Origin: a virus
Taxonomy: Duplodnaviria > Caudoviricetes
Strand: one strand, 5' to 3'
IMG/VR virus record: IMGVR_UViG_3300043690_000005
Span: 1-45,561 of that record
DNA length: 45,561 nucleotides
Part shown: one piece after another, positions 1 through 9,574 of the stretch
Layout: each line of letters opens with the position of its first letter
How positions within the stretch are numbered: the first letter of the stretch is position 1
Notes under the pieces: generated by a model
The model's input: only the letters and a program-made list of their open reading frames with translations
Told to the model about the DNA's origin: nothing
Databases searched by the model: none
Translations under genes and position numbers: made by a program

Positions 1-72
1 TGCTACTCTTGGAATTAATTATTGGAACTGTAGCTATTTACGTTAGTCCAATAATTAATTCCAAGAGTAGCA
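1..72. repeat. Perfect 26-bp inverted repeat (1..26 / 47..72) at the contig start; probable fold-back artefact
   Basis: tgctactcttggaattaattattgga (1..26) is the exact reverse complement of tccaataattaattccaagagtagca (47..72). The other copy of this locus has different sequence upstream of 45436. Confidence 0.9.
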
Positions 73-638
73 CCGTTACCAGCATACATTGTTACGAGTT
101 TAGTTCCATCCGTCGCATAGATTCCTACTGAATTATAGTTTTGATTATGAATGTGAGGCACGAATCCCACAGTGAAGGAAACCGGAGGAGCGGGGGCCGC
201 AACTTCCTGACCTCGAATTTGATCTCCGCTTATTGCTGGAGCGAATAAATAGATACTACGATTCCTAGGAGTTACCGTTGCCGTTCCTTGATTCCTCCAA
301 GAGAAAGTAGTTAAAGTTGGATCAGTTGCTGAATAATAATTTCCTCCTCGATCAATAAAAAGCTGATCTAGCATTCCAGCCGTAATCTCACAGCCCATGA
401 CTGCATTAGATCCAGCAGCGCAATTCGCGTCATTGGCCTCTACAACTACAGACCATGTTGTAGTATTTGCACCTCCAGTGACTTTCAGCAGAGTATTCTG
501 AGTATTTGCTAGCCTAACTCTAAACGTACCAGACTGAACAGCTACAGGAGCAGCAGAGTTTACACTTATAGATCCTGATCCAGCAGTGTAATTGCTAGTT
601 AAGTTACGGAAGAATTGATTAGTATAGACTTCAGCCAT
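15..638 (-). CDS. Tail/receptor-binding protein, 5' part; continues across the circular junction into 45435..45199 (about 284 aa in total)
   Basis: Ends MYAGNGATLGINYWTNVNSYSSN, identical to the start of ORF 45199..45504. The stop at 15 lies in the artefactual first 20 bases. S/T/N/G-rich beta composition. Confidence 0.75.
   Translation of the reverse strand: MAEVYTNQFFRNLTSNYTAGSGSISVNSAAPVAVQSGTFRVRLANTQNTLLKVTGGANTTTWSVVVEANDANCAAGSNAVMGCEITAGMLDQLFIDRGGNYYSATDPTLTTFSWRNQGTATVTPRNRSIYLFAPAISGDQIRGQEVAAPAPPVSFTVGFVPHIHNQNYNSVGIYATDGTKLVTMYAGNGATLGINYWTNVNSYSSNN
21..146 (+). repeat. 126-bp direct terminal repeat, copy 1 (circular assembly overlap)
   Basis: Identical to 45436..45561 and lies inside a coding region. 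Confidence 0.95.
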
Positions 639-1582
639 TATGAGTACGCTACCCAGATTGAGCCACGTGGATTATTCTGATCCCCAGCAAAGCCCATCAT
701 GCAAAAGAAATTGTGATTTGACCCTCCATCTATCCAACTATCTATGGAATCAATTGGGAAAAACTCTGATAAGATAGTCCAGTCATATACCTGACCCCTA
801 ACTAGTGCCTCATCTGTATAACTAACGATAGCGGAAGCCATTAAAGGATCACTCTGCATAACAGCTAAGTCGTGCCAACGATAACCGTTCATAACATAAG
901 ATGCTCCTAATTGGTAGCCAGTCCAATGACCAGATACGGAGACTATAAGAAGAAGAGCACCAGATGAAGAGTAAAAATTTCCATTCCCATCTAGCAAAGA
1001 CCCATTAAGAATAAATGCAGTATTCGATTGTCCCGTACTACCTTGGCCGGAGGAAAAACTATTCCGAAAACAATTTTTAGGTGATTGCGTACTGCTATCT
1101 CCATCACCATTACCTTGCATATAAATTGCTTCGGTAATTATTCCCTGATAAGGAGAAGGAATCCAGAGAATTCCTGCACAAACATATTCCCTTACTGGAG
1201 ACGCACCAGGAGTAAAGATTTCAAAACGATACTTACTAGCTAGGATTCTATAGACCTTTCCTGCTGCTACAAGAAGGTGACCTCCAGTACTAGTGTTCTG
1301 AACTTGTGCTTTAGAACCAGAAACATTTTCAATCGTTACTTGAACGCAGTTGCCTCCATTATCTTTAAAGCGAACTCTACCACGATTCCCAGTCACGGGA
1401 TCTTGAGCAGTCTGCATTAGAAGGTTTGTCGTTCCTCCTCCTGAGACTACAGTCCAGCCAGCAGTGGTTAGAGCAGCCTGGATATTATTAGGAGAAGTCC
1501 CAGCATAGATCAAATTAGCCTTACTTGATCCATCTATCGAAGCGTTATTTACGTATGTGCCGCCACTAAATACCGTACTCAT
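638..1582 (-). CDS. Putative tail protein, paralog C of a three-member family
   Basis: 314 aa. Motifs AGW, CAGILW, RGQVYD and GSIWV are shared with 2007..3479 and 3442..4392. Lies in the tail module. Confidence 0.65.
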   Translation of the reverse strand: MSTVFSGGTYVNNASIDGSSKANLIYAGTSPNNIQAALTTAGWTVVSGGGTTNLLMQTAQDPVTGNRGRVRFKDNGGNCVQVTIENVSGSKAQVQNTSTGGHLLVAAGKVYRILASKYRFEIFTPGASPVREYVCAGILWIPSPYQGIITEAIYMQGNGDGDSSTQSPKNCFRNSFSSGQGSTGQSNTAFILNGSLLDGNGNFYSSSGALLLIVSVSGHWTGYQLGASYVMNGYRWHDLAVMQSDPLMASAIVSYTDEALVRGQVYDWTILSEFFPIDSIDSWIDGGSNHNFFCMMGFAGDQNNPRGSIWVAYS

Positions 1583-1591
1583 GTTTAATCT

Positions 1592-2005
1592 TTAAGGTGC
1601 ATCGATATAAGAGAATTGACCGCCATTAATTGCTACTGTGAAAGCTGAACCTAATGGACAAGCCTTAGATGTGGGAGTTAAGTCTCCATAAGTTAGCAGG
1701 TTTCCTCCACTTGCTGAATCATACTCTGCGATACCGACTATTGTTCCCAGATCAGACGGAGCCGAACTCGTGAAAGTCATCACGGTTCCGTTGCTCTTAA
1801 GACCAGATGATGAAGCAGGCCAGTTAGTAGAGTTATTCGTGACTGCTAGTCTCGAGATAGCTGTGACTGGAGTTCCGCCACCTGACGGAGTTGGCGCAGC
1901 GTTCATCAGATTGAAGTAAGTCGTACCAGGAGCAGTGAAACTCGGACCGCCGTGAAGATGATCATTGATCTTGTCTTTTAGGTATGTACTCCAAAAACTA
2001 GCCAT
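1592..2005 (-). CDS. Small tail-fibre-associated structural protein (mycobacteriophage Gp80-like family)
   Basis: Pattern YL...NDHL...FTAP.T.Y..L...P...G...N....TF......GT......D...GGNLL.YG.L is typical of this widespread tail family. ATG at 2005. Confidence 0.7.
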   Translation of the reverse strand: MASFWSTYLKDKINDHLHGGPSFTAPGTTYFNLMNAAPTPSGGGTPVTAISRLAVTNNSTNWPASSSGLKSNGTVMTFTSSAPSDLGTIVGIAEYDSASGGNLLTYGDLTPTSKACPLGSAFTVAINGGQFSYIDAP

Positions 2006-2006
2006 G

Positions 2007-3479
2007 TTATGCTCCAACTACCCAGATGGAACTTCCTTGCATGTAATCAAAAGACGTAGCTGTGAAGGCTCGTGATACTAAATGTACTGGCTGATTCAAG
2101 ATGTTAGAGACTCCTAAGAGATCATAGTTATTAGACGTGACGTACATTCCATCCCAGAGTTTTCCTGCTATTTTCATTCGATAAGTTCCCGGAGGGTTTG
2201 TCCCACTAGAATCATTAGGATCGGGAAACCCAATCCAAGTATGGGAAGCTATGGGATGACCTTTTCTAGTCTTTAGTGGGCCTCCTAGAGCTAAAGGAAC
2301 CACGAAGCAAATCGCTCTGCTATCATATACGAAATCTCCACCATTCCAGGAGTAGATACCACCCCAATACAAAGAGTTCATGAAACTAACATCACCACCA
2401 GATTCACTCTCGATCCCATTTGCATAGCGATTTCCATAAAGCCAAGTAGGACATCCTGTAGCCCACATGGGCTTCACTACCTCTGTACCGATATGATCTG
2501 TATCAACCCAAGGACATCCACAAGCGAATAGAGCTTTCTGACCTGGATTACAAGTAGCATCAAAGTATGCATAGCTAGGATTAGGATGACCTAAAACGAA
2601 CACTTGATACGGATTCGCTATTATTTCATAATTCCAAAGAGGATCACTGAAGAATCCAGGAGGACACCACTCGTTATCTGCCTGAGTTAGCTCTATACTG
2701 AATGTGTGCCAAGGCCCAGTCGCTGATATTCCAACAGCAAGATGCATGATAACTATTGGAATTGCATTCGTAGACCAGTCTCTGTACTCAGTGATTTTAA
2801 GATATATCTGCGCTCCTGTATTCGACGGTGCCGATCGAACTATATAACCGCCATCTCGTAGTCTATTAGTAGACACCTGTCTACCATTATCTGCAAACAT
2901 CTGACCGTTACAGTAGGAGCCTCCCTGAGTGGTATTGATATAATAGAACCACCAAAGAGAATCAGGAGGGTAATGAGTAAGGGCGATGTTGAGATAACCT
3001 GATATTACAGCATTAAGATTATTCATTGTCTCTAACGGAGTAAGTCCGATCTTGAAATGCTTGCAGGTCTTCGTATCTATGGCAAATTCTCTATAGGGAT
3101 CATAGGGCAAAAAGTATACCCATGTCCCTCCAGGATCACAAGTGCTATTCTTAAACCCCCACCAATTCCAGAAATCTCCAACCCAACAATCTCTAGCTTG
3201 AGTCATGGAAGATGGGTCCATAACTGTAGGAGTAGTCGATGGCATGAAAAAGACATTATTCCAACCAGACTCCGACGAGGCATACACATAATCGACGAAC
3301 TCCCAGCCAGCGTTTAAAAGCGCATTCATGAAATTATCTGGAGTCGGAACGGCTACGTGAGCAGCAGTTGAGCCTATTCCCCAAACGTAACTAATAAGTC
3401 TAGACGGAGCTAGCTTCACATCTACGGCATAATCAGTAGACTCAATAGACAATGTTACCCTCCGTTCCAGGCTGTCCAA
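2007..3479 (-). CDS. Putative tail protein, paralog B (with about 170 aa extra)
   Basis: 490 aa, W/C/Y-rich. Motifs AGW, CGCPW, AGKLWD and GSSIWV. The true start may be the TTG/GTG near 3420-3450. Confidence 0.65.
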   Translation of the reverse strand: MDSLERRVTLSIESTDYAVDVKLAPSRLISYVWGIGSTAAHVAVPTPDNFMNALLNAGWEFVDYVYASSESGWNNVFFMPSTTPTVMDPSSMTQARDCWVGDFWNWWGFKNSTCDPGGTWVYFLPYDPYREFAIDTKTCKHFKIGLTPLETMNNLNAVISGYLNIALTHYPPDSLWWFYYINTTQGGSYCNGQMFADNGRQVSTNRLRDGGYIVRSAPSNTGAQIYLKITEYRDWSTNAIPIVIMHLAVGISATGPWHTFSIELTQADNEWCPPGFFSDPLWNYEIIANPYQVFVLGHPNPSYAYFDATCNPGQKALFACGCPWVDTDHIGTEVVKPMWATGCPTWLYGNRYANGIESESGGDVSFMNSLYWGGIYSWNGGDFVYDSRAICFVVPLALGGPLKTRKGHPIASHTWIGFPDPNDSSGTNPPGTYRMKIAGKLWDGMYVTSNNYDLLGVSNILNQPVHLVSRAFTATSFDYMQGSSIWVVGA

Positions 3480-4392
3480 CGAAGAGCCATAAAGATGCTC
3501 CAGTTATAGGATTCGTGGAACCCTTTGGACCTTTCATGAAACAAGTCCAATTACCTCCAATTCCTGCAAAGATAGTAGTCGAAAACTCAGTCTCTTTCGA
3601 GCAGTCTAATGGATATTCTATAGTATCCATGAAACAGTCCCAAAGCTGGCCCTGAATTAGAGCGACTACTCCTGGGGTCAAAGACCAAGCTATAAGAGCA
3701 TCGTAATGAATCCCAACTCCATCTGGATACATAACCCTATCATTCGCATGAAAGGCATCATAGCCATCCCAATAAGACCAACTAGTCCAGACTCTACGGA
3801 CTATCCTCAGAGCGTCCCAATCTTTATTCGTAAATATTGTATCTAAAGCGTTCCTTTCTGTACCTGATGTACAGACCGAATATGAGGCACCGCTAGGATC
3901 ACAGGTTCTCCTGAATGTCCCATAATTCTGGTTCTCTCCTTGTAACCACCAACATTCAGTTGGCAAATCAGAGTCACAAGCTGTTGCTTTAGGTATACCT
4001 CCACAGACCTGTCTAGGCCAGAACTCCCCTTGAGACTGCTCAACCTTAGCTATAAAGAACTGGCATTGATTGCACCAGAAGACCATTGTTTGAGGATTTG
4101 AATCAAGGACATCACTTATAGGATAGATGGTAAATAGGGAACTAGGATGAGATCCATCAGCAGAGAACATCTGAAACTGCACAATGTTATTATGTAGAGG
4201 ATCTCTAGTCATCTCCAATCTAGCTTTTAATCCTTCAGGAGATGTCATTGTATAACGATACCCGTTAGAAATAGCAGAGCTAGCCCAGCCGCAGCCGGAA
4301 AATCGAGAGTTCCATTCGGTCATATACGAGTCTCGATCTGTTCCTTCAAACCAACCATAAAAGATTGGGCCATTAGAGTAAGCTATGCCCAT
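3442..4392 (-). CDS. Putative tail protein, paralog A
   Basis: 316 aa. Motifs CGW, CGGIP, QGQLWD and GASLWL; ends GNIVY. Confidence 0.65.
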   Translation of the reverse strand: MGIAYSNGPIFYGWFEGTDRDSYMTEWNSRFSGCGWASSAISNGYRYTMTSPEGLKARLEMTRDPLHNNIVQFQMFSADGSHPSSLFTIYPISDVLDSNPQTMVFWCNQCQFFIAKVEQSQGEFWPRQVCGGIPKATACDSDLPTECWWLQGENQNYGTFRRTCDPSGASYSVCTSGTERNALDTIFTNKDWDALRIVRRVWTSWSYWDGYDAFHANDRVMYPDGVGIHYDALIAWSLTPGVVALIQGQLWDCFMDTIEYPLDCSKETEFSTTIFAGIGGNWTCFMKGPKGSTNPITGASLWLFVGQPGTEGNIVY

Positions 4393-4886
4393 TCCATTGT
4401 AAAACTGGCTACTCCATTGCCATCTTTCTGACCATCAGAAGTTATCACATCGAAAGTGAATACAGCCATCTCTCCCATTGCTGCCATAACTGGATGACTT
4501 ACTGTGACTATCTCAGATGGTTTAGTCTGCTTTGGAATCGTTATCTTCAGGATGACTCCTTGATAGCTCGGAGCATAGCATTTTATAGCTACTGCAAGAT
4601 CTTTAGTTATAGGCTTGCGTAGAACCCCATGAACAGCCATGTCCGTCCCAGCAATCCTAATAGGTACTCTATCGGCAATGTCAGGACCAACCGTAGTGTC
4701 TTTCAGCAAAAGAGTTCTATGAAAAGAAGATTTGAGATTAGTAGCATTAATATGATCATTCATCTTCTTGGCTATCAAGCTCATAGGCTCGGCCAAGTGC
4801 GGAGCCTTCCTGTTGACGGCATTAATGAATTCGCTGTCTATAGGAGGAATCCTAGGAGGTCTTAAATCTTTGTTTCGTCCAGTCAT
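4383..4886 (-). CDS. Hypothetical virion protein downstream of the tail nozzle
   Basis: 167 aa, overlapping both neighbours, with a beta-rich C-terminal half. Confidence 0.55.
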   Translation of the reverse strand: MTGRNKDLRPPRIPPIDSEFINAVNRKAPHLAEPMSLIAKKMNDHINATNLKSSFHRTLLLKDTTVGPDIADRVPIRIAGTDMAVHGVLRKPITKDLAVAIKCYAPSYQGVILKITIPKQTKPSEIVTVSHPVMAAMGEMAVFTFDVITSDGQKDGNGVASFTMEWA

Positions 4887-6784
4887 GCTGGCCTCGATCT
4901 GGACTTTACAGTACCGAAAACATCGAGCCGGCTTACTAAAAAGCTAGGTCCACCAAACTTAATAGAAATCTTCTCATTCTCCGTATTGATCTCTCTGAGC
5001 ATGTCTTTCTCAGTCAAAGCAGGCAATGTCAGTGGAAGCCAGTCTACAAAGGCTACTCCATCTTGCCAGTATGTTCTAAGAGATAATGAATCACCCGTAC
5101 TGAACTTATCTCGTGTCCTAAACCTCAAAGCTCTAAATACATTCATCGAGCCTAGATCAATCGGCACATAAGCTGTTTGATAGTACGAGTTAGCTATCGG
5201 TGCTCCTAGATCTGTAGGTAAAGCTGGATCAATCACATATAGGTTATTGTTTGCTAGAGTTCCCAAGCGAACAGCATACTTAGTATCCGTAGTTACAGAG
5301 AATCCTGTAGAGGAAACAGACAAGGACATTGATCGAGCTAGGAATGGAAAATCCCAATGAGTCCACTTGATATTCTGATGATCGAGTCCTTCTGAGTAAT
5401 CTCCAACGAGTAGATTATACGGAGTTCCACTAGGAATGAGAATGTAAATCATTCTAGCAAATGGATCGACGCTTAGGTGAATGTTTGGGAATTCAGTAGA
5501 GTTAATCTGCTTCCAAACGTCATCAATTTTCCAAGTTAGCGGAGGCTGGACTACTACTCCTGGGAAGTGGTGCAACCCTGCGAAATCCAGCATAAGTACA
5601 GTATCGTCAAGAGGTAATCCACTTTGGCTGCTTGTAATTGTAGATATTCCTGAACTATAAGATCCGACCGACCCATCAACGTATGTAACAGGCCAGCTTC
5701 CTGGTTCATCTCCATTTAGATCCTGAGTGCTTAAGATTCCTACCGACTTAGTGAAATACAAAACATCACGGAGATTGAAGACTCCTCTGACTATATTGCC
5801 ATCATTTTCTGTTGGTAGCTGAATGTACCCGGTAACATTATCCATCGATTCCACGTCACCGGAGTATGAGACTCTAATAAGATCGTTCTCGGCTCCCCAC
5901 GAGAGTAGTCTACCATGATACTTCTGTAATCCTCCATCACCTATGCCTCCAGGGATAGTTTCGAGCAAATCGAATAGATAAGAACCGTCAATAATAAGTT
6001 CAACATCAGCAGCAGTGATAGTCCAAGTCGTTGTCGTATTGTCATTGATTTCTCCATTAGGGACTCTAAAATATTGTTGCTCATCTCCTTTGGTCATTAA
6101 GAGAATTCTACCTACGGTCCCAGGAGGTCCAATTGGGATATTAGTTATGTTTATGCTAACTCCTCCAGCAGTGGTCACATTAATAGCTAATGGGAAAAAG
6201 GAACCACTTAAGATGGGACCTGGAGGAGTTATGAACCCTGTATCAGTTATGTAAGAAACTGCAATATTATGCCAGCCTAGATCTACGTATCCCGTGCCAG
6301 TCCCAGGATAGCCTCCTGCTAAACCTGAACTAGTCATTCTAGGTGCCAGACCAGCAGCATTTCTTATGGGAAGTTCTGCTCCAGTATTAGGGTTAACTCC
6401 CCATATCTTTAGCGGCTCAGGAGGCCAAGAATTAACGATGCAATTGAGGATAGTCTTGTTGAAGATGTTGATTCCACGAAAATCAATCATTCTAGGAACG
6501 TGAAGGAACACTGCTGTATTATCATCTTGATAGATGTTTCCAGCATCATCCATTGTTAGGAAATGTGTCTTCGTTGAGTTCGTTGCCAAGAATTGAGCTA
6601 CGACATGATGATTTAGGGCATGGTCAACTTGCGATCCGTATCTAGTCGAAACATCTCCAGGACTATTGAACCAGACATTCGGGCACTCTACTGCATGATC
6701 TTGAGGTACGTTGCTAGTTGTACCTCTAGCGAAGAGTCCTTTGAAGGTCGTGATAGTTTTCTTTTGGTATGAGCTAAGATTCAT
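4883..6784 (-). CDS. Tail nozzle / DNA stabilisation protein (P22 gp10 / T7 gp12 functional class)
   Basis: 633 aa, beta-propeller-like. N-terminal FKGL...VP...A.EC.NV.F...G.V.TR.G pattern and YHGRL motif. Directly follows the adaptor gene. Confidence 0.7.
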   Translation of the reverse strand: MNLSSYQKKTITTFKGLFARGTTSNVPQDHAVECPNVWFNSPGDVSTRYGSQVDHALNHHVVAQFLATNSTKTHFLTMDDAGNIYQDDNTAVFLHVPRMIDFRGINIFNKTILNCIVNSWPPEPLKIWGVNPNTGAELPIRNAAGLAPRMTSSGLAGGYPGTGTGYVDLGWHNIAVSYITDTGFITPPGPILSGSFFPLAINVTTAGGVSINITNIPIGPPGTVGRILLMTKGDEQQYFRVPNGEINDNTTTTWTITAADVELIIDGSYLFDLLETIPGGIGDGGLQKYHGRLLSWGAENDLIRVSYSGDVESMDNVTGYIQLPTENDGNIVRGVFNLRDVLYFTKSVGILSTQDLNGDEPGSWPVTYVDGSVGSYSSGISTITSSQSGLPLDDTVLMLDFAGLHHFPGVVVQPPLTWKIDDVWKQINSTEFPNIHLSVDPFARMIYILIPSGTPYNLLVGDYSEGLDHQNIKWTHWDFPFLARSMSLSVSSTGFSVTTDTKYAVRLGTLANNNLYVIDPALPTDLGAPIANSYYQTAYVPIDLGSMNVFRALRFRTRDKFSTGDSLSLRTYWQDGVAFVDWLPLTLPALTEKDMLREINTENEKISIKFGGPSFLVSRLDVFGTVKSRSRPA

Positions 6785-6789
6785 TTTGT

Positions 6790-7464
6790 TTAGAAGTCTC
6801 TTAAAGCTCTAGTTCTTCCTCTACCTCGATGATAAGGTCTTCGATTAGTCGGAAGATTCTGCAATTGCTTAATTCCCATTCTTATCAAATCTTGCATATT
6901 CTGAGCAGCATCAGCAAAGCATGATTGATAAAGTTGAGGATCTTCTACAGCTTGTGCGGCAAGAGATGCCGTCCGAGGACCTAAATAGTTTTCTCCGAAA
7001 AGATAGCCTATCTGATCCGTGTTAGCTTGAGGAACAGGAAGTCCTCTGATGTATCTCAACCGGACTTCTCTGTTCTGAGTTGAGCCTAATAAAAGTATTT
7101 TCTCACCTTGCCAGCACCACCAGACTAACTCCGTAGATTTCTGTATGCTCGGAATGTCAGCACACTCAGTCATATCCACGAAATCTTGCTCAAGCTCTCC
7201 CTGCATTCTCTCTTTCATCCAACGAGGCTCGATAAGATCTGCGGGATAGCCTATGACTGTAGTTAGATCTGTTGTACCTGCTGGCACTGACAGGATGGAA
7301 GTGCCAGCTCTAATGACAGGAATGCCAGCAAGTTGCAGCTTAACTTGCATCTCTCGATGAGCCTTCTGCAACTTTGGAATCAGAACTAAATCAGACCAGA
7401 GAGTTACTGCGCTATCGTTCAGATATTCTCTGGCTGCATTAAGAGCTACCAGAGCCTGAGCCAT
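6790..7464 (-). CDS. Head-to-tail adaptor protein
   Basis: 224 aa with helical N-terminus (AREYLND...WSD..L...L..A), central beta region (YPADL...VRLRY) and helical C-terminus. Lies before the nozzle. Confidence 0.65.
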   Translation of the reverse strand: MAQALVALNAAREYLNDSAVTLWSDLVLIPKLQKAHREMQVKLQLAGIPVIRAGTSILSVPAGTTDLTTVIGYPADLIEPRWMKERMQGELEQDFVDMTECADIPSIQKSTELVWWCWQGEKILLLGSTQNREVRLRYIRGLPVPQANTDQIGYLFGENYLGPRTASLAAQAVEDPQLYQSCFADAAQNMQDLIRMGIKQLQNLPTNRRPYHRGRGRTRALRDF

Positions 7465-7814
7465 CAGAGCATTCCTCTCCAGCTAGCCTGAAATGTGATG
7501 GTATCTCCTGAGTTAGCCGCAGGAATAGCGACGGCACCAAGCTCAGTGCCGAAAGCTGAAAAGAGTTTCATCTTTCCATTAGCTACAGTAGTGCCAGGAA
7601 CGTAAGCATAATACTGCCCGCTCTGGCTAACGAAGGATACCATTAGAGGAACTCGGGAAGCCTTAATCAAAGGATTACCCAAGCTAAAGGCTATACCTCC
7701 AACGACGTAAAGGTTAGGATTAGCTAGCATGGTGCAGGTTCCAATTACATTGTAACCATCATTATCCATCCAGCTTTTGAGAACTTTGGTAACTGAAGCT
7801 ACTGAGTTAGCCAT
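7464..7814 (-). CDS. Small virion structural (decoration-like) protein
   Basis: 116 aa, G/A/V/T-rich beta composition, upstream GGAG RBS, between capsid and adaptor. Confidence 0.55.
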   Translation of the reverse strand: MANSVASVTKVLKSWMDNDGYNVIGTCTMLANPNLYVVGGIAFSLGNPLIKASRVPLMVSFVSQSGQYYAYVPGTTVANGKMKLFSAFGTELGAVAIPAANSGDTITFQASWRGML

Positions 7815-7826
7815 CTTGAAATCTCC

Positions 7827-8471
7827 TTAAGCAAACTGCAACTTCGCAAACTCTTCCTTCTTCAGGACACACTTGCAATTCGGACAGATTACAACATTTG
7901 GAGCCACAGAACTAGAGCAAGCTGGGCACCTAATAGGAGCATCGATAGTCTCAGGAGTCATCCAGACATGCTCGTCAGGATTCCATCCTATGAGTCTTGC
8001 TGCTACTCGCTGCATCTCACTAACAACATTATGCTGATGGTACTTAGCATAATCATTATCAGCAATTCTAGCGAGATCCAAGAACCATTGCTGTTGAGCC
8101 TTCTTAGCTTCCTCAATTTTATCCTTATACTTAAGCTTGATCTCCATAGGAGTAAGCTTGCCCAGAACCCAGAAGATTGCAGGGCCGGAATCGGGAGTGT
8201 AGGCTAACTGAGCCTTTACGTAATCGTTGACCAAGGATTCAGCTAGCTTTTGCGGACTCACAAAAACGGCAATTGAGCCTCTGAATTCATCAAGGTAAAC
8301 GTAGAATCTGACCTCCGTTAAATGAAGAACTTCAGGCTCATAATTCTCAGATGCCGCAATGGTGTACCTCGGCGGCAAGAGTCCTGGTTTCTCCTCAGTA
8401 AAAGGGAAAGGACTCAGAGAAACCAAAGTGCAATACGTCTTGTTATCTACTGCGTGTATTTGTTCTACCAT
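7827..8471 (-). CDS. Hypothetical protein with C-terminal zinc ribbon
   Basis: 214 aa with CPAC-x10-CPNC near the C-terminus. Confidence 0.7.
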   Translation of the reverse strand: MVEQIHAVDNKTYCTLVSLSPFPFTEEKPGLLPPRYTIAASENYEPEVLHLTEVRFYVYLDEFRGSIAVFVSPQKLAESLVNDYVKAQLAYTPDSGPAIFWVLGKLTPMEIKLKYKDKIEEAKKAQQQWFLDLARIADNDYAKYHQHNVVSEMQRVAARLIGWNPDEHVWMTPETIDAPIRCPACSSSVAPNVVICPNCKCVLKKEEFAKLQFA

Positions 8472-8482
8472 GAAATATCTCT

Positions 8483-8977
8483 CTATCGGCTACCATAGCC
8501 TACACCTTGGCGAAGGTGAAGCGCATTTTGAATTGGACTAGAATCAATTGCGTCTTTAAAGTACGCAATTTCTTTATCCTCAATCTCCTGAGATCTATCA
8601 GTATACACTTGTCTAACTTGATTATTCGCGCCAATGATAAACTCCAGAGCTTTATATGTAATTTCTAATGGGTGCCCGAATCTATCCTCAAATACGAAAA
8701 GTGGCTCGAAGCTACCATTACGGCTATTGGGAAGCTCAGGAGTATAAGACTTGTCCGGCGGAATCCACTTCTCCAGAATCCATCGGCTCTTGATATAAGA
8801 GTACTTAGGAGTCTCTCTTGTATCAACAACTGTTCTTAAGAAAAGACCAGATGTAGTGAACTCGTTAAAAGTACCATGTCTGATCTCAAGCTCATTATCG
8901 GACCAGACTAGTCTGTACCAAGGCTGTCCTAATGGAGTATTACCGAACTTCCTTAGAAACTCATTAAAGTGTTCCAT
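8483..8977 (-). CDS. Hypothetical protein
   Basis: 164 aa ORF tightly packed in the minus-strand operon. Confidence 0.7.
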   Translation of the reverse strand: MEHFNEFLRKFGNTPLGQPWYRLVWSDNELEIRHGTFNEFTTSGLFLRTVVDTRETPKYSYIKSRWILEKWIPPDKSYTPELPNSRNGSFEPLFVFEDRFGHPLEITYKALEFIIGANNQVRQVYTDRSQEIEDKEIAYFKDAIDSSPIQNALHLRQGVGYGSR

Positions 8978-8986
8978 TTATCAGTC

Positions 8987-9025
8987 CTAAAAAGAGGAGC
9001 CGGAACCATGACCAGTTCCGGCTCC
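8987..9025 (-). terminator. Intrinsic terminator after the capsid/HNH genes
   Basis: 11-bp perfect stem ggagccggaac (8996..9006) / gttccggctcc (9015..9025), followed by tcttttt on the minus strand. Confidence 0.8.
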
Positions 9026-9037
9026 ACAAAGAGAGGA

Positions 9038-9574
9038 TCAGTACCCAGCCGGAACAAGCAAGTCTCTATTAGGTCTATCGTTACAAATTCGGCAAACCCT
9101 ACGACCATCGGGTTTAGTATACGTATTCCACTCCTCAAATGGGTGCCCGTCTTTGCAATGAGTCTTACCCACGTTTTGATTAGCTGGTGGCAAATTCAAA
9201 TGGCCCATAAATGTTCCTGCCTCAATTGAGTCTCTTGTGTTATCCAAAGCTGTGCCAGTCTTGAGATGACATGGATTAACACAAGCCTTAGACTTACAAA
9301 TGTTCAAGTGGAGAACATCCAGACTCGATTCAAGACTGTCAAGGATGCCAAATGCCCAAGCTGCTATTCTATGAGCATGTCGGCAACAACCAAAGGCCGT
9401 GACCTTTCCATACCCAACCTTATCCTTATGACCATTAAAAATCCAACAGCCATTGGAGTCTTTAGTTGAGTTTATCTCAAAATACCTTTGATAGTCTTCC
9501 CTTGTAGTCTTATTCCGAATTCTAATGATGTTCTCCACCCTTCGTCTCACTGATTTTTCTAGTCTAAGAATCAA
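9038..9574 (-). CDS. HNH homing endonuclease with C-terminal CxxGH...CxxC zinc finger
   Basis: CWIF.G..DK.GYG, AHRIA, VLH..C....CVNP.HL..GT..DN..D, then KTHCKDGH...NTY...GRRVCRIC. The TTG start overlaps the capsid stop. Confidence 0.9.
   Translation of the reverse strand: MILRLEKSVRRRVENIIRIRNKTTREDYQRYFEINSTKDSNGCWIFNGHKDKVGYGKVTAFGCCRHAHRIAAWAFGILDSLESSLDVLHLNICKSKACVNPCHLKTGTALDNTRDSIEAGTFMGHLNLPPANQNVGKTHCKDGHPFEEWNTYTKPDGRRVCRICNDRPNRDLLVPAGY

Noticed and set aside
21-146. Repeat within a tail gene as a DGR template/variable repeat pair
   Set aside because: The copies are identical with no adenine-specific differences, sit at the contig ends, and no reverse transcriptase is present. 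It is a circular overlap.
9038-9574. Group I intron or intein in the capsid gene
   Set aside because: The capsid ORF is complete with its own stop. The HNH ORF fills the whole insert, leaving no room for a ribozyme core, and there are no intein terminal motifs.
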